Origin: Haplodiscus bocki
Taxonomy: Eukaryota
Assembly (NCBI GenBank): GCA_965655095.1
Contig: OZ296654.1
Span: 31,372,001 to 31,436,000 of the forward strand
Direction: 5' to 3'
Length of the DNA stretch: 64,000 nucleotides
This document shows, in pieces, positions 36,870 through 49,216 of the stretch. The notes under the pieces are model-generated. The model was not told where the DNA came from and made no database searches. It saw nothing but the letters and a program-made list of their open reading frames with translations. Within the stretch, counting starts at the first letter, position 1. Each line of letters starts with the position of its first letter. Both the position numbers and the translations under genes were made by a program.

Positions 36870-39800
36870 GCTTTTTGTATTTTTTTTTCTTTATTGTAGG
36901 TAGTTAGTACTAGAGAGACAAACAAAACAGAAGTGTAAAAGTTTTCAAGGTCATAGAGAAATAACATTGAAAAAACGATAGTGAGAGAGAAAATGGAAAA
37001 AAAACCCAGAAAACAAAACCCAAAAAAGAAGACGCACTCGATTTTTTCCTTTCTGGATGAAAAAGTGCATTTAGTTATTATGAAATCTCGTGAGTTTCTT
37101 TTTCCGGAGATTTTTGTAGGTTTGTGAGTTTCTCAGGTTGTAGCGCTTTTGGTACTTGGCGTTATGTAGTAGCGTGAAGTGGGTAGGGAGGTCGGTTTTG
37201 TATTTTTACGGGTGCTATTCAAGGGTTAAAGGGGTTGTTTTTAGACATAAACTATTCTCTTTGCGTCGTGTGAGCCTTACTATGAAGATGACCTGACCTT
37301 GTTGGTTAGGGTGTTTTGCTGAAAGGTTGAAAAGTTCGCTTTTTGGGTAGGCAGCGGGTATATCACTACCGTCTGAAAGTTAGTACCGATTGAATGCCAC
37401 TATGTCTTCGTGTGTGAACACATATGACAAAAGCGTTCGCCTTGCACGATTCGCCGTCCGAAATGTGCTGGTAGGATATCCGGTGATCTAACTTTGTGAG
37501 AGCAGGTTTTCGTTTTTGAGGGGAGTGAATGGTGTCTGTGCGTCTTTGTGCGCTGTTGTTTCTTTGTTCGTAAGTTTTATGTTACTGTAATCGTTGGGGT
37601 GTTATTGGACAAGTTTTGCGTTAACCGGAAGTGAAGTTTGAAGTTTTCAAATAGGACTACATTATGCTATTTCGAATTGTTAGTGTGTGAATAATGCTGT
37701 CCCGATATGTTGGAATGACATATAGTGCTATAACGGCGTAGTCGTTTTGAGTAGAGGGGCCTTCTTGCTCATCAAGTTTGGAAAAATTAGTGGTAGTTCC
37801 GTTTCCAAAACGTGTAGTGATAAGCGTGGTCGGATTTTTGTGTGTCAACAATGGTATGTACCGGAATAAAGCAGGAAGAGAATTTGAAATGTCCAGCTGC
37901 TAGTTGGGTGGAACGAGTGAAAAAAAGGTATAGTGTATCCAAGATAAAACCAGAAAGCGATGACGTTTTGTGTTAGAACGTCATAATTGCATTCCCTCCC
38001 AATAACATTTGCACTGATGATGCTGAGTCTCCGGGAGATCTGTTCGCTGGGAAACAAACTGAACTCCGAAAGCTCATCATCATTATGGTCAATGAGTGTG
38101 CCGTCAATCTAGTAGCGAGGTTCTCCCGGATATTTAACTTTTTAATAGGTGCCGAGCTAATGCTGGTGTTTTGCTAACTCCAAACATTAGGAAATCCTGG
38201 TACGTTGTTGTTCTTGATCCTGTTGGTTGTGTGAAATCTGGTGATTGTCCGCCTCAATGAGATTTTGGGACGGAATTTTGTTGTTCAAGAAGTCCACATC
38301 ATTGGTTGAATCTGGGTCTGGGTAGAGTTCTGCATCGTTAACAGTGATGTCTTCTAACGGTTGTTTTGGTACGAAAGGCGGGAAGTGCATTCTGTGGACA
38401 CATTGTGTTTCATGTGTTCCGATTTGTCTGATGATGTAATTCGAGTGTGTTAACACTTTCTTGACACGGAAAGGTCCATTCCAGTGGAATGTTTTGAATT
38501 GTGCTTTGTCAGAATGGTTGCTGTAATTCGAGTTTGCCAGAAATACGTATTCTCTTGCTTTCAGTGATGAAGCTTAAGTTTTCTTGTCATAGTATTCTTT
38601 GTATCTGAAGAATGCTCTGAAGCTGTTTTCTACATTGGCTTGGTTTTTTCGGTTGATTTGGTTGACTAGTGTTTTGATGTCCGTTGTGCCACTTGGTGTC
38701 TGTATTGGATGTCCAGACCTGTGGTTGAGGGAGTTATACGGGACGCGTCCGAGAAAAATTTTTGATGATTAGCATTTTAGTGTTTGATGGTATGTTGTGT
38801 TATAGGCCATCCCTGCTAAATTGACATATCGGTCCCAATGTGGTGAATCACTGGCCATGTTGATTTTAAGCATTTGCTTGAGTTTCTGGTGGGACTTTGG
38901 TTCATGGCAATCGTTTGGGTGTGTTTCAGTGTGGCGTGTGTATTTTTGCCGCCTGCAGTTCCCATTAGCGCTGTGAGTGTTTTTGATGTAACGGTGGGGC
39001 CTTCATCAGTAAAGTTTTGTTGTGGTACAAAAGCGTGTTGTGTAAAAATGGTTGAAATGGTTGGTAATGCATTTACTATGGAGGTTGCGTTAGGTCTGCG
39101 AGTTGGTATGGCAAACAGGTAGCGTGAGAACGCGTCGGACGCAGTGACGAGGTGCATGTAACTGTTCGAGCTGGGTAGTTCGCCGACCAAAACTACTTCA
39201 AGGACGCCTTCTGGTCCGTTGCTCGGGTGGTAGATTGTTCGAGTGGTGGTCGCCGGTTCTTGTCGTGACACGGTTTTGTTCGACTTCACATCTGGCAATG
39301 GCCGAGAAAGTGCTGTACTATCTCGGCCAAAAAGGGTGAGTAATGTCGTGCGCGTAGTTCATGCAACATGTTGAACGAGCCAGGGTGTCCCTGCATGGGA
39401 TTGTTATGCAGTGTCTTGATTATGTCATCCATTGTGTCAGCCGGGACAACGTTTTGTTTGTGACTTTCGTGTCCTACGTTGTTGTGAAAACCTTCGGTAC
39501 AATACGACGTTGAACACTTCAAGACTTCGTTTGTTCTTATGCAATTTCTGGAAGAACCCACTGGTAAAATTAACGTGAAGTGGTTGGAGTTCAGATCCAT
39601 GTAGAAAACGCATCACACTTTGTATGTCTATGTTTGCTCGTACAGCTAGCGTAATATGTCACTCCACCGGGGGTTCAACCTGAAGCAGTTCCAATTGGCG
39701 CGATCGTAGCCTGGGTATGAACCTGCCGTAATGCTGTGTTTGGTTCTTCGAGCTACTGGCCAGGAAGTCCATGCGAATTTGTTTCCACGGTAGTTCGAAG

Positions 39801-42800
39801 TCCTTTGCTGTTTCGTGTAGCTTCATGGATAGCATGTTCATGACATCGTTAAGTTGCGCTTAGCAGTGAGGTAGCATTGGTTTTTGTGGCTGTGCACGAT
39901 GGTCATGTTCTTCCTCCTTATCGTCTATGTGGTACACTGGAATGTCATCAGTTAATTTCAATAGAATGCTATGTTGATGTTCAATATCTAAACGCAACAA
40001 ACAGTCAGCCGCGGGAGTTTCAGTTCCCTAGACATGAGTTGAAGTAAAATTGAACTGAAGAATCTGGTCGTAAAAGCTCCAGAGTTTTGGAGGTATCTGC
40101 TTTGCTTGAAAAAAATCGAATTTATGCCATATAAACAATCATGTTTATTGTAGGCTTCCTCACTCCACACAATGTGTGCCCAAACTTGTCGAAGGTTAAC
40201 TGCATGGCTGAAAATTCCTTAACATGATTGGTTAACGACATTTGACTGACTGTAAATCGACGTGAGTCGAATGCGAGAGGTGCAAAAAACGTATGGGTTC
40301 TGTCAGCCGTGTCCGTGTTATCTTCTGTCAGTAGGACACAGCCGGTGTGTCTTCACTTCCATCGCACATGCTGACGAGTTGCTTTTTGGGGTAATGGTAG
40401 TCGTAGTGTCATCCTGGCTGTTTTCGCCAAATTTTCAATAATTTCAAAAAAATCCTGAAATGAGTCGGTCATTATAAATTCGAAGTCTTTTGTAGTAACC
40501 TACACAGTGGTATCAGTTCTTCAGTCAAAATCGAGAGATAAAATCTGTAAAAGTTTACAAAACCTATGTGTCGTTAGAGGGAGTTTGCCGACGTGGAAAG
40601 TTTGAAATTTTTCAGAAAGTCATCAGTTTTTCTTCAATCGGTCCGATTCCTTGGCTACTAAGCGTCGTACATAAAAATTCAATTTTTTCTTGAGCAAATA
40701 AATGAGCTTTTGTCCAAAAGCAGTTTAGCAGTTTCAATCCTGCCTTGTTGATGCACTGAAAAACAAGTTCGATGTTCTCTCTCAGCTCATCTATCGTGTG
40801 GGCTGCGACGTCAAGGTCTTCAACGTATTGGGAGCATCTATTTCCTTTCACGACAAGGTCAAGGTATTCTCGAACAAAACTGGTGATTGCTGAAAATCAA
40901 CGACTAAGTCCCTGTGCCAAATGCTGGTAGGCATATGTTCGGGAACCAAAGTTAGAAGATAGTAATTGGATGGACTGTGTATCAGTTATCTGCAAGCAGT
41001 GGTAAGACTGAGAGCAATCGAACTTACAAAAAATTTCTTGCTATCCATGTGTTGGGCTGCCTCATAGATTCTAGTAACGTCGTGGTATTGTCCGTTCCAG
41101 TTATGTTTAATCAATTGGTTAATGCGCCTGAGACTTACTAAGATTTCTAATATACAATGTATACCATTGGGTTTTCCTGCGAGTAGTACTTGCTGAAAAG
41201 TAAAGTGGTTATTACATCATGCTCCTGCATCAGTGCAAGCTCGACTAGTATCCCATCTTTCATTACTGTTGGTGTTGGCAGGCTCTGTGAGTGAATTGGG
41301 TTGTCCTGTTTGGGCTTAACTTAATCTTAAATCCAGTGTTTTTATGTTTGTCTAGACGATGACGTGCAAAAATTTGAGAATTTTTGTTTAAAATTTGTTT
41401 GATCCGTTGTTTCGCGATGTAATTGAGCTGCGAGTGTCCTAGTTGAATCGTGAGAGGAAGATTTGCCGTTGTTCGTCTGATATAGTTGGATCCAGTTTCT
41501 CCTGTGCCCTGGAATTGACTATCTTGTCATAGACTTGTCTTTCCATTGGGTTGAGGGTGTCAGGATCAGTGCACGCCTCTGGTGTTGGATACCATCTTTT
41601 GTCTTCCTTGTAGGTGAGCTCTTTGAACAATTGGTCGAACACTTGAGGTGCTTCTTTCGGGAATGGGCTTACTATACTGAGTGGTTCCAATGGCATGGGC
41701 GTGATGTTTTTGGCTGGTTTCGGCGTCGAGATGGCAAAGTTTATCAGAACTGCATCTAGGTTGATTGTGTGGGTATGGTCTCTTGGGTTGGTAATTTGGG
41801 TTGGTCTTGCTGTTTTCCAGTTCCCCTATTGAGCACGTTACAAGAAAGTTTGCTTCCCGGGTGGCTGATGGGGTGGCTTCCACGGTACCCTGTGACGTGC
41901 TCATGTCCTCGTTCTCGCAAATCAGAACCAAGATTTGTTAGAACGGGAGCACCACCAAATTCTGAGCGGCTCAAAATTCGCGCATCTTGCACTTGTCTTT
42001 TCCAATTGAGTGTTTCATTTGCAGTGACACGTCCGGGAAGAGTACAAGATGTTTACTAAAATGGACTGTCACGGAACTGTTTTAGAACAAAGTCATGCCA
42101 ATCAAGATGCTCCGTAACATTGGTGAAAACATAAAAATATTTCCGAATTTTCCTCCGGTTTTTCTAAGTTCCAGTTTAACTTGTTTTCTGGCCGACAATT
42201 TCGCCATTGGCGATTTGGATTTTGAACGTGGGTGAAGGCAATTCATGTAATAATGCGTTAGGTTGTGCGCTCAGCCTTTTTTGGATTTCGTTTTCTGAAA
42301 ATGCGCTTTTGGCTGCTCCTGTGTCAAAAAGATCAACATTTTCGTTGTTTTAAAACTGTAATGGCAAATAAAATATACGGACATTTTTGTTTAATTTCGA
42401 TACTGTTGTCAGTAGTCCTATTTCGTTTTCTTTTCAGCTTTTCGTGTTGTTTTCTGGATTACTGAGGTTTTTCGTTCAGTCGTTGTTGTTTCGTCACTTT
42501 GGTTATCACTTGAATTTGATTGATTGTGGCTTGACTCAATTTCTGCTCACACTGTCGCGGGTACGCTGGTGCGTTCTTCGGTAGAGGGTGTCGGTTGGTT
42601 CCCTTCCGGATTGATTGCCGTTGCGCGTGAAATGATATGTAATGTTTGACGCTTGAGTCGTGATAAAAGTCTTTTTTGATGAAAACTTTTCGCTAGGAGG
42701 ATGCTGAAGTCCTTCCGATGTTCCAAGTCGAGAGCCTGAGTTTGCTAATTTAAAGAGTTTTTTCCAACAAGAAGTTTTAGATATGACATAATTTCCACAA

Positions 42801-44450
42801 TTGACAATTTTCTGAGTATCGAGACGAGGCTTAGTCTGTTCAAACAATCAACTTGGATTGATTCATTAGCTGAGAAAATCTCTTCTTGTAGCGCTTTGTG
42901 TAGTGCGTTGGCCGGGTAGTGTCGTTGTCGATTTCTTTTGATTTCCTTAACGAATCCACGGTTTTATTCTGTGTTTTTCATATGCAGTGTTACTTTTTCA
43001 CATGGAATGTTATTGTATTGGGAGACTGTAGACTTTCTACATCAGCAGTCTCGTGTAGAGTGCCTAGTGTATCCGCAATTGCTGCATACCGACTTTTTGT
43101 TATACTTTGATCTCCCGGTTTGAGCGTCTTGTTGTTCTTGCTGAGGTTGTGCCCAACCTCATGTTTCTTTGTTTGGCACTCCGCCAGTTTTCTTCTCTTT
43201 TTATTACAGTGGAAAATGGAAATTTGGAGGGCTCCCGTCGTTGGATTTTGTAGCTTTTTGTTATTTTCTGTTTGACTTGTCTGTGCCGGAAGACACTTGA
43301 TTGAAGGGGTGTTTTTGGTAGTTCGGTATAAACTGCTGATGTTAAAATCAACATCAGATGAAATCCATGAATTTAACTGTTGGAGTGTCAAATATTCCCG
43401 CGGTACTAAGCTCCTGTTGGAAATGGATTGGCAATTTCCCAACAGATATGCTGAGACGTAATCGCTGGGCTACGACTGAAAGCTTGCGTGCCAATGTGTT
43501 AGAGGTATTTGAGGAAATCGTTGAAAGTTTTTGCTTGAGGGTCATACATGAGTTGATCTCCGTTGTACCGTGAAACTTCTTTGAAGTCTTCTTGCGGATA
43601 TTTTTTTTCCAGAATTTTCTCAGGACGTCTTGTAGTGTCGTTTCCAGGTTGATGTGTAATGTTTGTCAAATTTCAATGGCCTTTTCTCTGAGAAAGCTGA
43701 GGGAGAAGTGTAGCTTCTTCTCTTCCGTCGGTTTGTTCTGGAATGGTCGGTTGTGAATTAAGAGTTATTGCTACAAATCGTTGTACTTCTCTTGGTGCCC
43801 TTTGAAAATTGGCACCTGGGTATGCAGGAGTTTCATCTTGGTCAGTGTCATGTGCAGTTGCCCTGGCAGATCAGTGATTCCGGCCCTTACCTGGTTCATT
43901 TGGTCATCTGAATCATCATCTGAGGCGTCCTTTCTGTCCATGCCATGTAGTCATCGGTATGGAAAGTCGGCAAAAGATGATCTGCTGTGGTATCGTTGTT
44001 GGGTTGGTCGAAAGGGTTTATGGCGTTTTGCCAATCCGAGCGTGGTTGTTTAATGGCTCTTGCCACAATTTCGGAATTCTAACCAGACGATCATGATCTT
44101 TAGGACGCCGCGTTCTCTTCAGTTGATCGGTTGGAACTCTTTTCGCTAAGTTACTTTACCATGTGGATCAACGTTTCTAGTTGCATGGCGAGTCGGGCAA
44201 CTGTCGCGTTGCTTCTGTCTACTTCGCTCGACGATAACTTCCGCTCTAGTAATTGGGACTGCAGGCTATCCTCAGGATCACTTGCTGACTCTGCGAAACG
44301 TGTGCATCACCAACCTCAACAAACTGTTGCGGTTGGTCTAATGTGTGGTAAATAATTATATTTTGTCCGTTCGTTTTGGTTATGGGCGAGTATGATCTTG
44401 TTCCTTTTCCTAATTCGGGTGTAGATGTTTCAGCTCAATCAGTTGGTGTT
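36870..44450 (-). mobile_element. Near full-length degenerate Ty3/Gypsy retrotransposon (gag-PR-RT-RH-IN)
   Basis: Integrase core GPEGVLEVVLVGELPSSNSYMHLVTASDAFSRYLFAIP..TDEG (38816-39298), His/Cys zinc finger LHNNPMQGHPG (39286-39600), RT QYVEDL..KAGLKL (40612-40851), IN tail YIIRQIGTHETQCVHRM (38187-38456). Domain order RT-RH-IN. Confidence 0.9.
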
Positions 44451-45045
44451 TCCGCCTGCATCCATTTCCAATATTCATATTCATACCGAGTTCATATCGT
44501 GTGGGAGGGAATTAACAATACAAAATGGCACTCACATCGGTTCATATATGTTGCTACATTAAATATTTATCCCTTTTGTTGTACTATGTAGAATAGGGGC
44601 TCCATAAAAGGACATTAGCTCTTTGCATATTGACTTTTTTGCAGGTGTATTTCCTCATGGGAGCATGACACATGGCCTAGCGACAAAAAAGAACAGAGAC
44701 CCACTGACACTGATTGCTTCTGATACACTGATACAACGCAATTTAGAACTGAAAAATCGGACGTGATTCTTTTTGACGCTGTGAGAAATTGGTTTCGTAG
44801 CAGCGCTGTGCAGAAATTTTAAGGAAATGTACAGCTTTGAACTGACTTGGAGCCAATTTCAACTCCAGTAAATTGACTTTTTCCCTGTATAAACTTGAAA
44901 ATTAGAGAAATGTTTGGACATTTTTGCAAAAAGATCATTTTTTTCTTTTCAAGTAGTTTTTTTGAAACTGTTCAGTATGAGAATTCAAACAACGACTGTT
45001 CCGATTGGCAATAGGGATTCCTCTTCTGTAGAAACAAACTGGCAC

Positions 45046-46003
45046 TGTGATGAATGTGTGGTTGTCGGTCAGAAAGTGTTACTGAGACCGACAATTCACT
45101 TACGTCCTCTGGAATATTAGTTTGATTCTCATCATTCACATTGAACACTTGTAGAGTATCGTTCCTCTCGAATACGTTTTCAAAAGAAACGAAAATCCCT
45201 TCGTATTCCCCACGTTCTGTATTTGCCGTGACACTGGTCGCATCTCGACCAAAGGACGCATATATTAAGCCAACTGCTAATTCGATTTTAGTAGTAATAA
45301 GACTATCAATTGCGTTCTGAATCTTGTGTTTGACAGTGTCAACGACATTATCCATTTCCCTGTCAATCCTCTCATTAAAGCATCTCTCCAAGGTTTTCAC
45401 AGTTAACAAAATCTCATTGGTTTCTAAATTACTGCCGGGTTATCAACGGTAAACTCATGGTCACCGGTACTTTCATTGATTGCAGCATTTTCTTGCCTAT
45501 CGCTAACAGTTTTGCCAATAGAAATAATTTGGTCGAAATCATCTAATTGGCTGAGGAACGTCCTGTTTGACTGCTTATTTTTGCGCCTGGAAACCATGTT
45601 TGCTTTAAAAGAGGACTTGCACTTAAAATATCAACAATAAGTCAAACAAACTATGAATCTCTAAGGCAGAGTATTAGAACAAAATGACAGTTTTAAATTA
45701 AAGGTTTTCAATTTGGATGAAAAAATTGAACAGTTTTCTAAACAAAAAAATCAGAGGGTGTTCAATTCGATAGTTTTACACAACATTTTCGTAGAAGCGT
45801 TAGATTTCTCTCTCATTGCAGCTTCAGGTCAGGTTCGGTCTTCGGTACCTCCTCTTGAACTCATGTTCGTCTGCCAATCGGAAAGGTTAATTTCCTGACG
45901 TCATAACTATAACTCTAACAAAGTTGAAACTTCAAAAGACTTATTCCACGTATGACATTACGTCATTGTCCTATCATTATAAAAATTGAAACTTGGTAAA
46001 ACA
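45046..46003 (-). mobile_element. Solo-LTR-like unit (~0.96 kb) containing a decayed ORF
   Basis: Minus strand TGTTTTACC...CATTCATCACA termini. ORF from ATG 45597 (MVSRRKNKQSNRTFLSQLDDFDQ...IDREMDNVVDTV...DRQPHIHH) reaches the terminal CA. No clear TSD. Confidence 0.5.
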
Positions 46004-47198
46004 TGACAGAGGGGAGACGCCGAACAATCATGACCAGCAAATCATAAATGAAAAAAAAACGAATGGAAATTGAAGATTACTAAAAACTTGGTTGCATGTT
46101 TGATCCAGAACATATAGGTCTCGGGTCAAGGGATTAAATACTCCCTATGGGTTGTGAAGGAATTGTAGGGGTTTTGTGGTCATGCATGATTATTAAGTTC
46201 TGAGGCTTCTTTATGTGATAATGTAATAAATATGACAGAAAGGTTATCAATAAAGTCCATGCACTTTTTTGGTTTAATATTAAAGTTTAGTGGTCAAAAG
46301 ATGGTCACCATGACCGTCATTTGACAAAAAAGTACTTTCGCTGGAGTTTCATTCGTGGCAAGCACTGAACAACTTGGGGTTGCTTAATAAATAGTTGTAT
46401 GCGTATATATTACATAGCGGCATCGTTTTACTAAACGTGGTCAAACTTAAGTAGCTCTGACTTTAATTTGCCGTAGTTCGCCTTTCCTTCAAGAGCGACC
46501 ACACGCTTTGAGCAAAGTGGCCAAAAGTACGTCTTCGTGATCAACTTTTGACCACTCTCCAGCAGTGTTGTTATTTGGTCAGTATTTTGACAGGCATAAT
46601 TGTTTTGACCAATCAGGGTTGAAAATGATACGGCTCGTCAGTTGAGCATTGTAAACATCTGTTTATACTAGTGTGTGTTTAATGTTAGCTTCTTCGTTAA
46701 CAGTATGGATTTTGAACCTCGACGTATAAATATACGTACGATTATTTATGTTTATGTCTAAAGGTAAAAAAATTTTTTCTTTTGTTAAATAAGTGAAGAA
46801 TTTTACCCAAAATTCTACTCAATCAACTTTTCATTAGTTTTGATTTTCAAATGGGAGCAACAGATTCCCTTGTACGTCCGAGTTTTGACTGTCGAAGTTG
46901 ACTGTGTATGTTAGGCCGTCACAGGCGGCAGCCTGCGACAGGCACCAATGGAGAACCGTCCATCAAGGGAGTTACGGCACTGAAGCATACGGCAATTTGA
47001 GACGCGGTATCTTGAACCGTAACTTGTATCAGGAACAAATTTCCTGATTTTTCTTTTAAAGTCTAATTCTAGTTTTCTATTATTAATATTTTACAAACGG
47101 ATGATGATAAGGACATTGAAGTTTCAATTTCTAATTGCAATTAGTACACGAAGGATAATTTATTGTTTTATAATTCTGGTAGAATTTGAATTTTTGAC

Positions 47199-47600
47199 GA
47201 AACAAGACGGCTGGCTAGCACCGGTAAACTTTTGGCCCACCAATTTTGTTAGGGGTGCTTTTCAAAAAGATGAACGCAATTTTTTTTAAAAAAGCTTTTT
47301 CATCGTCAAATTTTGTAATTTATACAAAATCCAATTTTTTTTTGATTTTTTGCAGCAAAAATTCACATTTAAAGTGGAAGAGATGTTTTTAAGAAATAAA
47401 ATCATTTGATATCCATTCTACAGCAAACTTGCCACCTTAACCAATGTTGAAAAAAAATCAAAGTTTTTTTTAAAAAAAAAACAACTTTTTTTCAAGGAGA
47501 AACCGAAAAACAGTTTTGGCAGGGTTGTCAAAGCTACATTCTACGTGTCCGGAGGAGCTTTTTGGGGAATGTTTTTCGAAAAAATTGTAATTATCTAATT
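47199..47600 (-). mobile_element. Related copy of the hairpin-terminated non-autonomous family
   Basis: aaacaagacggctggctagcaccgg matches the 14138 and 24731 termini (1 mismatch). The far boundary is uncertain. Confidence 0.5.
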
Positions 47601-48689
47601 GTTTTCAGACTTAATTATTTTTGGACTTTTTGTCCCGGGCACAGTGTTTTTTTTTCGAGGCATCATATTGGACACATCTAGCGGCATTTGCTCTAACTCT
47701 TTGTTGTTTTTGAACCAAATACTTCATAGCTCTGCAGATGTTTCCTTTTGCGCTAAGCGTAAACCACTACGAAGGTTTTTCAAAGATCCAGCATATTATT
47801 CAAAATGTTTTATTCTCGGATGATGGTCTCTAGATCGCCAGCTGACACTCATCACTTCAATCCTCACCGGTTCATAGCAATCTTAACACTATAATAGCTG
47901 CCATGGAGGAAAACACACATTCATTACCTCTTGACATACTTGAAGTATTGGCCCCATCTCCTGTAAGATGATACATAAAAGTACAAATTATTTTATTCTG
48001 AGCTGATTTGGCTCACTTTTGTCATTGGAATTTTCTGCTAAAGTTGAAATACGGAATCCCAGAAGCTAGACCATCGTATGAATACTTCTGGATGCGACCG
48101 GGAATGCAATTCTGTGAACATTTTTGTTTGTCTTCACACTCAGAACGTCCAAAAACTGACTCACAAAATTAACATCTCAGCTTTCTGTAAGCTGTCATCT
48201 CTGTTATTGATAATTCAATTCTTATAACTCACAAAATGTGAACAATTAAAAACACTTTCTCATGAATGTGCACCACTTTTCAACGAGAATATGATACAGC
48301 GGTGAGGTTCAGTTAGTAGTACTGTTGATAACATTTAATGATGCTGTTAGTTAATGTGAAAACATGATTGAAAGTTTCTACAAAAAGTAGAAAAATCCAT
48401 TGCTGCACAATCTTTTCAATAATTCTAGGTTTACTTCTGTCTATTTCTTTAATCAAATCTCTCCGAAACATTTTTCTTTTGGCACAGTTTTAGATTTGTG
48501 TTCACAACAAACGATTTTTTGAAGGACAGGAGTTTTACGAGGTGGAACTGAACCGACTCGTCGACAGCGCGCCGGTAGTATTGTTACGGACAATACAACT
48601 TGAAGTTTCCTTTGAGACCAGAATTCAAAGTCATCTTTTCTATCACTTTTTTCTCGGAAGGCAACCACTCACGGCAGCTCGTTTAGAAT

Positions 48690-48830
48690 CCTCCATGATA
48701 ATAGATATGTCATGGATGCAGTTGCTCAAAGATGGATATTCATGGATGGGTCCAGGCTGTCAGCTGAATCATGGATATTCATGCATGGCGACTTCCATTG
48801 ACCATGGATATCGATTCATTAGACATGTCA
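48690..48830. repeat. Loose catggat(attc) motif repeat
   Basis: catggat/gatggatattcatgga recurs about six times. Confidence 0.5.
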
Positions 48831-49216
48831 AAGAAATCATTCGAATTTGAAAAGATTCTTGGAGAATGTAAGTTTTTTCCAACCACGAATCGACAATGAG
48901 ATCCGTGTTTTGCAGCGTTGTAACGCTAGTAGTCAAAGTATTCATGATACCGTAGTCAACAAGATCTTGTCTTGTTGAAAATGCTCATTGACACACAACG
49001 AACGATCCTTGAGTTTTAAGATTTGCATTTATGACATCACCAACATTAAGTAGCTTGAGAACGCAACTTAGAAAAAAATGGCCAATTTCTTGAGCAAACT
49101 TCATAAAAATCATTTGTGGACCACGGTTATTATGCCATATCTGTGAATGATTTGAGGTTTTTCGGTAGATTTTTTTCAACATCACAACTCTGGATGATCA
49201 TTCTAGAGTTTCCATT

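Noticed and set aside
44450-44700. 5' LTR/PBS of the 37-44 kb Gypsy
   Set aside because: No matching 3' LTR and no convincing tRNA complement found by eye.
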